Source: Acidimicrobiia bacterium (GTDB lineage: Bacteria; Actinomycetota; Acidimicrobiia; IMCC26256; JAGPDB01). From it: a stretch of 64,000 nt of DNA. The position numbers and the translations under genes were made by a program. Of this stretch, positions 55,042 through 61,651 are shown one piece after another. The stretch spans positions 12,691 to 76,690 of the forward strand of contig JAGPDB010000004.1 in NCBI GenBank assembly GCA_018057765.1, in the 5' to 3' direction. Position 1 is the first letter of the stretch. Each line of letters opens with the position of its first letter. The notes under the pieces were generated by a model, which was not told where the DNA came from, made no database searches, and saw only the letters and a program-made list of their open reading frames with translations.

Positions 55042-56637
55042 TTGAATATGACTTTACTAGATAAATTAAGAAGAAAACCTAATAGTAAACCACATGGTGC
55101 TTTACTAGGAAACAACCCAAGTGAACAAGAATTATTAAATGAAATAAATTCTGAGAATCCTGATTTTCTAGCACTCAATGAATATTTTAGAAATGGTGGT
55201 GTTTTTACCGACCAGATAATTTTAGATTTGGCGAATGTTGATAACTTAAGAGATGGCTTCGGTTCTTATGCATTGCTTAACGACATTATTAAGATACGCT
55301 TTGTCATTGATCCAGTCGACGGCCTTAACCAAGAGTTAAAAAAATTAGCAAAACAACTAATACCAATTTTAGTTGAAAGAGGATATTCGACTTCTTTATT
55401 GCTTTTTTTAGATGGTGGAATTTTGCCAGATGATAATCAGATAATTACTTTGATTCAAAAAGACAAGATAAATCTTATTGTGCGCTATTTAGAAAAGACT
55501 TCTAAGCAACTTACACCAGACCAATTTGAAGCAGCTAAACAGAGTACATATTCTGAATTATACTTATCGACCAATGTAAAAAATGGCTATAGGTATACGC
55601 AAACACAATTAACTAGCTTTGTAGACCTTGCAGTTGAAAATAAGACGCGAGAATCTAGTCTGATCTTTGCACTTGGTAAATATCAGGCGGAAGATTTCAG
55701 CGCTCAAGCGCTAGCTACTTGTGTAAATAGTAACTCTGCTTGCCTTGTTTTTCTCGCAGTAAGAATCTTTGAAGCCGGTGCTTTGTGTAGCGACGAGATG
55801 AAAGTAAAATTACTTACAAATGCAAATGCAAATAAATTCAGTGCTCTAACTTCTGTTCTTAAATGCGATATTGTGCCACACGACCAAAAGCCAACATTTA
55901 GCGATGCTGAAATAGAACAACTTTTTGTTGACCTAAGTGATAGCAGCTCCGCGGGGAGCCTCTTAGCGCAAATTGCAATAAACCAAGATAGAAATAGAAA
56001 TGCAATAATTTCAAAATTAATTGCATGTAAAAAATTACATGGTGTAGAAGATAAAATTACAGGAAATTTAATAGATCCTAATACCGGCGACATATTAGTA
56101 AAACAAGGACGTCAATCATATAGAAGACTTGCCTATGTAGCACTAAATGAAATTGCTGCATTTAAACCAGAATGTTTATATCCATTCAAATCTGATTTAT
56201 TGAACCAACCATCAAGCAATACGGGAAATTTAAGGGTATTATCAACTGCTGTAGAGCACGGACTGATAATAACTGGTGATGAAAAAAAACTTATACAAAA
56301 TAAATTATCCAACTCTTTAAATATACTTTCAGTAAATGTATCAGAAAAACGGTTTGATGAGGCAGAATTCCCAGTTAATTATCCTTATTATTTGTGTCAG
56401 ATACTGGAAAACGCAGTTACCCAAAGTAACTTAACTTTCGATGACGCGGAAGTAGATTTGCTTTTGAAAAATTTTGCTCATGGACAAGTTAATTTACTCA
56501 AAGCACTTTGTACACGAGATCATCCTTTTACAGAGCCACAAATAAATATTATGAAAAGCAATTATCTTCTTCGAAGTTTCATGAGTTTACATGCGAATCT
56601 ACAGACCTCAGCAGTTACACCAGTTGTAGGTTTATAG
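55042..56637 (+). CDS. Hypothetical 531-aa soluble all-helical repeat protein
   Basis: It has no TM helix and no catalytic motif I recognise. Helix-cap motifs recur (LTPDQFEAAKQ, FSDAEIEQLF, FDDAEVDLLLKNF, FTEPQINIMK). It lies 37 nt after the 363-aa gene, so the two are a likely operon. Confidence 0.5.
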   Translation: MNMTLLDKLRRKPNSKPHGALLGNNPSEQELLNEINSENPDFLALNEYFRNGGVFTDQIILDLANVDNLRDGFGSYALLNDIIKIRFVIDPVDGLNQELKKLAKQLIPILVERGYSTSLLLFLDGGILPDDNQIITLIQKDKINLIVRYLEKTSKQLTPDQFEAAKQSTYSELYLSTNVKNGYRYTQTQLTSFVDLAVENKTRESSLIFALGKYQAEDFSAQALATCVNSNSACLVFLAVRIFEAGALCSDEMKVKLLTNANANKFSALTSVLKCDIVPHDQKPTFSDAEIEQLFVDLSDSSSAGSLLAQIAINQDRNRNAIISKLIACKKLHGVEDKITGNLIDPNTGDILVKQGRQSYRRLAYVALNEIAAFKPECLYPFKSDLLNQPSSNTGNLRVLSTAVEHGLIITGDEKKLIQNKLSNSLNILSVNVSEKRFDEAEFPVNYPYYLCQILENAVTQSNLTFDDAEVDLLLKNFAHGQVNLLKALCTRDHPFTEPQINIMKSNYLLRSFMSLHANLQTSAVTPVVGL

Positions 56638-56875
56638 AAAGCCAATAACTCCCAAAGCGTAAATCTTGACATTAATTATCAAAAGAACTAACATCTAAAA
56701 TATATTATGAATTCGAAAAATGACAGTTGCTTAACTATTAATAGCAATTTTTGTATGTCACAAAATATAAATATGCCCCGCTAATTGGGCATCTTACTTT
56801 CAAACTCACTTTTTATATCAATTTATTTTTTAAAGAATAATTCATTTCGAATTAAACCATTCAAGGAGAAAAACA

Positions 56876-58150
56876 ATGACAAACCATTTTGAAACAAAAG
56901 CAATACATTCTGGTTACGAGCCAGACAGCAATACACTTTCTAGAGCTGTACCAATATATAGAACTAATTCTTATGTATTTAACAACACAGAACACGCCGC
57001 CAATTTATTTAGCCTAAAAGAATTAGGCAATATTTATACTCGAATAATGAACCCGACCCAAGACGCATTAGAAAAGCGAATTGCTGATTTAGAAGGGGGA
57101 GCCGCAGCCTTAGCTTTGGCCTCTGGAACTTCAGCAATTTTCTATTCAATAATAAATATTTGTAAACATGGTGATGAAGTTGTTGCTGCAAGCAACCTAT
57201 ATGGTGGAACACACGTGCAGCTTAATAATATTTTGCCTCAGTTTGGGATAAATACAAAATTTGTAGATGTTAAAGACTTATCTAGTTTTGAAAATGCTAT
57301 TAACGAGAAAACCAGAGTGATCTTTATTGAAACAATTGGTAACCCTACTTTAGACGTTGCAGACATTGAAGGCATTAGCAAAATTGCTAAAAAGCATAAC
57401 TTGCCACTTGTTGTGGACTCTACTTTTACTACACCATATTTATTAAACCCTATTGAACATGGTGCAAATATTGTAATTCACTCGCTCACGAAATGGATTG
57501 GTGGACAGGGTACTGGTATTGGTGGAATTGTTGTCGATGCTGGTAATTTCGATTGGACTGACAAGAAATTCGAACTGTTTAATGAGCCTGAAGCTAGCTA
57601 TAATAATCTTCGTTTTGCTCACGATCTAGGACCCCTTAACCCGGTTGCATATATACTCAGGATGAGGCTAGTACCCCTAAGGAATTTAGGCGCCTGTATA
57701 GCACCAGATAATGCTTGGCTTTTCCTTCAAGGTTTAGAGACATTGGCTTTGAGAATGGAACGTCATTGTGAAAATACTTTGAAGGTTTCAAAGTGGTTAG
57801 AAAATCATCCTAAAGTTTCATGGGTAAAATATCCTGGTCTTGAAAGTGATCCTAACTTCGAGATCGCTAATAAGTATTTGCCAAAAGGTAAAGGTTCTGT
57901 AGTGGTATTTGGTCACAAGGATGGAAGAGATGGGGCAGAGAAGTTTATTAATAATTTGGAACTGTTCTCGCATGTTGCAAATGTTGGAGATGCAAAAAGT
58001 CTTGCTATTCATCCTGCCAGTACGACTCATAGCCAACTTTCGCAAGATACACAGCTAAGTTCAGGAGGATTAACTCCAGACCTAGTTAGGCTATCAATAG
58101 GTATTGAACATATCGATGACATACTCGCAGACTTAGAACAAGCTCTATAA
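56876..58150 (+). CDS. metY: O-acetylhomoserine sulfhydrylase (PLP-dependent Cys/Met-metabolism family)
   Basis: 424 aa with YTRIMNPT. HSLTKWIGGQGTGIGG carries the PLP lysine. GDAKSLAIHPASTTHSQL is also present. Confidence 0.88.
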   Translation: MTNHFETKAIHSGYEPDSNTLSRAVPIYRTNSYVFNNTEHAANLFSLKELGNIYTRIMNPTQDALEKRIADLEGGAAALALASGTSAIFYSIINICKHGDEVVAASNLYGGTHVQLNNILPQFGINTKFVDVKDLSSFENAINEKTRVIFIETIGNPTLDVADIEGISKIAKKHNLPLVVDSTFTTPYLLNPIEHGANIVIHSLTKWIGGQGTGIGGIVVDAGNFDWTDKKFELFNEPEASYNNLRFAHDLGPLNPVAYILRMRLVPLRNLGACIAPDNAWLFLQGLETLALRMERHCENTLKVSKWLENHPKVSWVKYPGLESDPNFEIANKYLPKGKGSVVVFGHKDGRDGAEKFINNLELFSHVANVGDAKSLAIHPASTTHSQLSQDTQLSSGGLTPDLVRLSIGIEHIDDILADLEQAL

Positions 58151-58173
58151 TTTCTATCGACTTTATTTGATAT

Positions 58174-58911
58174 TTGTCCGTTATGTGCTATAGTGGACAA
58201 ATGGGACTAGATAGATGGCATAGAACTAGAGTTTACGGAGTGGCATTCGCAACATTGTTCATAGGTAACTCGTTACAGTGTAAAAATGAAGCAAGTGTTA
58301 TACCGCCTGTTAATCAACCTGTATCTCGAGCTGCGAAAGCAGAAATAAAGGCTATTACAAATCAAAAAAAAAGTTTTTCGGATCTTGATAATTGGTCACA
58401 AATTGATCTTTTCGAAAGCATGGACAGTAAACAGATTCTCCAAACTATAGAAAACAACAATCTAAAATTTACAAGTGATACAAATTGGATGTTAGTAAAA
58501 GCAGCTCTAAACGGACTTCAGCCTGATGATATAAGACATTTACTTAAGAATGGTTACTTAACTATTGATGATAACACTCATCCTATTATCAAGAGAATGG
58601 CAATTAATAATACTGTTTTAGATTCTGATGAATTGCGCGACTTAATAAAAGAAGGAAAAATTTATGTGCCATTTGGAAGTACAAATAAAGGGCATGATTA
58701 TGACATAGATATAGGCATGGAAATGGAATTAAATCCTGAAGATATTGATGCTCTGAATAAAGCTGGTGTTATCGAAACCAACGATGTCAATAGCAAAACT
58801 TTCAATACTCCGCGGGATCCGTTTACAGCTAAAGAACTCAATGAAATGATTTGGGGAACTTATTCTGAAACAGAGCCACCACCCTCCCTATTTGGAGTTA
58901 GTTTTAATTAG
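58174..58911 (+). CDS. Hypothetical secreted protein with ~30-aa helical (ankyrin-like?) repeats; start may be ATG 58201
   Basis: The signal-like N-terminus is RTRVYGVAFATLFIGNSLQC. There are five spaced motifs: MDSKQILQTIENN, LQPDDIRHLLKNG, LDSDELRDLIKEG, LNPEDIDALNKAG and FTAKELNEMIWG. Its end overlaps the convergent ldcA-like gene by 4 nt. Confidence 0.5.
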   Translation: MSVMCYSGQMGLDRWHRTRVYGVAFATLFIGNSLQCKNEASVIPPVNQPVSRAAKAEIKAITNQKKSFSDLDNWSQIDLFESMDSKQILQTIENNNLKFTSDTNWMLVKAALNGLQPDDIRHLLKNGYLTIDDNTHPIIKRMAINNTVLDSDELRDLIKEGKIYVPFGSTNKGHDYDIDIGMEMELNPEDIDALNKAGVIETNDVNSKTFNTPRDPFTAKELNEMIWGTYSETEPPPSLFGVSFN

Positions 58912-59909
58912 ACAGCCCTCAAAACTGTTAAATTTGAATCGAACTCCATATCAATACCTAGTGGAAATAATATATTATTTGTTTCGTGACCAAACAGGTT
59001 TGTTTTTACAAGACCAATATTTTTGTCGTATTTCTTATTTGCAATATTTAGTATTTCTTCTAAAGCTTCGTATAGAGAAATATGGTCGACATGGGTTTTG
59101 CATTCATAGTTTTCTTCATCAAATTCACTGAAACCTAAAATTACTCCATTTACATTTTTAAATAAATCTAGTTCTAGCAAACCGTAAAGTAATTTCAAAG
59201 TGTGTTCATTGCTTAATGTTGTTTCTAAAAGCAATATCAGATCTTTATCAACAAAACATTTATGACCCATCAATGCTGGAGTAGAACCTAAATGTCCACC
59301 CATAAGCTTTCCTCTAAAAGTAACGTTGTTAGATCTAAAATTATTCATTAGTGTCTTATTTCTTAAATCTTTTAGCTTATGACCACTATCTAGTTTGAAA
59401 GAAAAATTGTATGGGTCAAATAGGACTTTTTTATGTTGATCAATCAACCAATTTGGAAATGATTTGTATTCACTAATGTGCCAAACAACATCTAGCCCAT
59501 GCATTGTAGGTAGTTTTGCTTTGCTAGAAACTAAGTTGATCAGTGCAGATGTATCCGAAAACCCTCCATACCATTTTGGATTTTCACAAATCAAGTCATA
59601 GTCAATATCGTACAACAACTGGTTAAAGTATGTCCCACCTCTTAAGGGCAAAACCAACTTTACATTTTCATCTAAAATTGCTTCGTGTAATGCTATGGCC
59701 CTATTCTGTATATTCTCAGCTGCACCTTTATAGTTAATCAAAAAATCTTGATTTGATTTAACTTCAAATCCAAGAATATTATAATACTGACTACCGCGTC
59801 TGATTCTTTCAAGTAATTCTGGTGTGTCTGTTGCATCAGAAAGTGAAACCAGACCAATTGTATCTCCGGGTTTTAAAGCTTGTATTTGCATATATCTATT
59901 TCCCTTCAT
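58908..59909 (-). CDS. LD-carboxypeptidase (peptidase S66, LdcA/MccF-like)
   Basis: 333 aa with GDTIGLVSLSD. GGFSDTSALIN carries the nucleophile Ser, and there is a C-terminal GHETNN-type His region. Confidence 0.8.
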   Translation of the reverse strand: MKGNRYMQIQALKPGDTIGLVSLSDATDTPELLERIRRGSQYYNILGFEVKSNQDFLINYKGAAENIQNRAIALHEAILDENVKLVLPLRGGTYFNQLLYDIDYDLICENPKWYGGFSDTSALINLVSSKAKLPTMHGLDVVWHISEYKSFPNWLIDQHKKVLFDPYNFSFKLDSGHKLKDLRNKTLMNNFRSNNVTFRGKLMGGHLGSTPALMGHKCFVDKDLILLLETTLSNEHTLKLLYGLLELDLFKNVNGVILGFSEFDEENYECKTHVDHISLYEALEEILNIANKKYDKNIGLVKTNLFGHETNNILFPLGIDMEFDSNLTVLRAV

Positions 59910-59920
59910 AAAAACCCAGA

Positions 59921-60130
59921 TTATAATTGTGCGAATAAATCAATTAGATATCCGTCTGGGTCTTTAATGATCGCGTACCGCTGGCCCCAAAAAGTATCCC
60001 ATGGTTTCTTCTCGATATCGTAACCTTCATCTTCGCTCCCGAGTTCAGGAAAAGTGAAACCTAATAAAGTATAGAATTCAATAGTCTTTTGGAGATCGGC
60101 ACTTTTTACACCAATGGCATCTACTCTCAT
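59921..60130 (-). CDS. Half-size VOC/glyoxalase-family protein (single beta-alpha-beta-beta-beta module) or gene remnant
   Basis: 69 aa. MRVDAIGVKSADLQKTIEFYTLLGF is the N-terminal VOC signature. It is joined directly to GQRYAIIKDPDGYLIDLFAQL, the typical VOC C-terminus. Confidence 0.5.
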   Translation of the reverse strand: MRVDAIGVKSADLQKTIEFYTLLGFTFPELGSEDEGYDIEKKPWDTFWGQRYAIIKDPDGYLIDLFAQL

Positions 60131-60166
60131 TTTATCTCCTTAAAGCTTTCATATAGTTTAACTAGA

Positions 60167-61393
60167 TTATATAGAATATTTTTTCCAAATTTTACTTATC
60201 ATTAAAACGCTAATAAATATAATTATTGCGAACCCTAGCCAACTATATTCTGGCTTGTTACTTGCAAAACTTAAACCAACTATAGGCGCACTAAACATAT
60301 AGAGAAATTTTGAAGAGAAACCAGACATTGACAGCATGGTTGCGCGGTTTGTTTCATTTGAAATATCACTAACTACTATTGTGAGATAGCTAACGAAAAG
60401 TGACGATGTAATAGTAAAAAGGCCTAGTACAATAACTATTGCACGTGGTGCCACAAAGTATATACCAGCACCTAAAAGAAGCATCACAACAGTTAGTATT
60501 CCATAATATTTAAATCCAAGATAGTTGCCTAATTTTTTGGCGACACTTGGTAGATAGTGATTAGAAATAATGCTTAATGTATAAATAACCGCAAAAAATA
60601 TACTTATCCCCAATGGTGTATAACCAGCACGCTCCATGGATCCTTGAGGGAAAATTCCCCAGTCTGAAATAAAAGCAATTCCAGATAACAGTAAAATTGC
60701 AGGTATTAAATACCTATTAGTTTTGGATGCAAAAATTTTGAAAGAATCTTTTGTGTGTGTAAGTATTTTTATTTCAATACTTTCGCCACGTTGCTGATGA
60801 TTAGTCAAAGTTAATGTCAACAGGAAGGCTACAAAACAAAATCCAGACATTAATAACCAACCTGCTTTATCGCTAAATCTGTATAAAACTCCTCCGACCA
60901 ATGGTGAAATTATTAATCCAAAGTTCACAATCATTCTACATCTCGAATATATGAGAGCAAATATTTCACCAACTTTAGATTTATCTTTTTCTATTGCATA
61001 AATAGTGTCGTATAGTACAGCTTCTTGCGCACCTGTAATAAAAGCAATGCCGGTCTGTGTGATCATTTCAAAAATAATCATTTGCCATATATTCGTAATG
61101 AAAGCAAATAGACCAATCCCGATACTGAAGAGTAATAAACCTATTGCTAAAAAATGTTTTCTACCAATTTTATCAGCCATGTAACCTGAAGGTATATCCA
61201 TAGAAATACCTATAATAAAACCAATAGTATGTACTAAAGCTATTTGCTCTGGTGCAACAATTTTTAAAAAATATACGTACCACATTCCCAACATGAACCA
61301 AAGCGAAGCAGCAAAATAGGTAAAGTATATGATTGAAATATTTTTGTTATGTAGATATGGCAAATGAAACATTGACTTTATGTAATTCTTCAT
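60167..61393 (-). CDS. MFS transporter (12 TM)
   Basis: 408 aa and highly hydrophobic. MFS motif A is GYMADKIGRKH. Confidence 0.8.
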   Translation of the reverse strand: MKNYIKSMFHLPYLHNKNISIIYFTYFAASLWFMLGMWYVYFLKIVAPEQIALVHTIGFIIGISMDIPSGYMADKIGRKHFLAIGLLLFSIGIGLFAFITNIWQMIIFEMITQTGIAFITGAQEAVLYDTIYAIEKDKSKVGEIFALIYSRCRMIVNFGLIISPLVGGVLYRFSDKAGWLLMSGFCFVAFLLTLTLTNHQQRGESIEIKILTHTKDSFKIFASKTNRYLIPAILLLSGIAFISDWGIFPQGSMERAGYTPLGISIFFAVIYTLSIISNHYLPSVAKKLGNYLGFKYYGILTVVMLLLGAGIYFVAPRAIVIVLGLFTITSSLFVSYLTIVVSDISNETNRATMLSMSGFSSKFLYMFSAPIVGLSFASNKPEYSWLGFAIIIFISVLMISKIWKKYSI

Positions 61394-61416
61394 TACCTGC
61401 CTCTATGATTATCTTG

Positions 61417-61490
61417 TGGAGCTGAAGGGATTTGAACCCTCGACTTCCGCCATGCCATGGCGGCACTCTAGCCAACTGAGTTACAGCCCC
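61417..61490 (-). tRNA. tRNA-Ala (anticodon GGC), CCA not encoded
   Basis: The reverse complement is GGGGCTGTAACTCAGTTGGCTAGAGTGCCGCCATGGCATGGCGGAAGTCGAGGGTTCAAATCCCTTCAGCTCCA. It has the G3:U70 identity pair and anticodon loop ATGGCAT. Confidence 0.9.
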
Positions 61491-61651
61491 AGGAATAATT
61501 CATTCTAGCATTCGTATAATTACTTATCTAATAAAGTCGACAATAGTAAAGCTTATGCTAACAACAGTTAAATAATGTGTAATAGCAATAATTTATGTTC
61601 AATCATCTACTTATTCAAGCAGATATTGTATGTTGAACTAATATATAGCAT

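Noticed and set aside
49860-56637. Prophage remnant or lysis cassette (PG-binding protein as endolysin or tail lysin, small lipoprotein as spanin)
   Set aside because: There is no integrase, terminase, capsid, portal, tail or holin-like gene and no att-like flanking direct repeat that I could see. The nearest tRNA (Ala) is 5 kb away, with housekeeping metY in between. The idea is not excluded, but it is unsupported.
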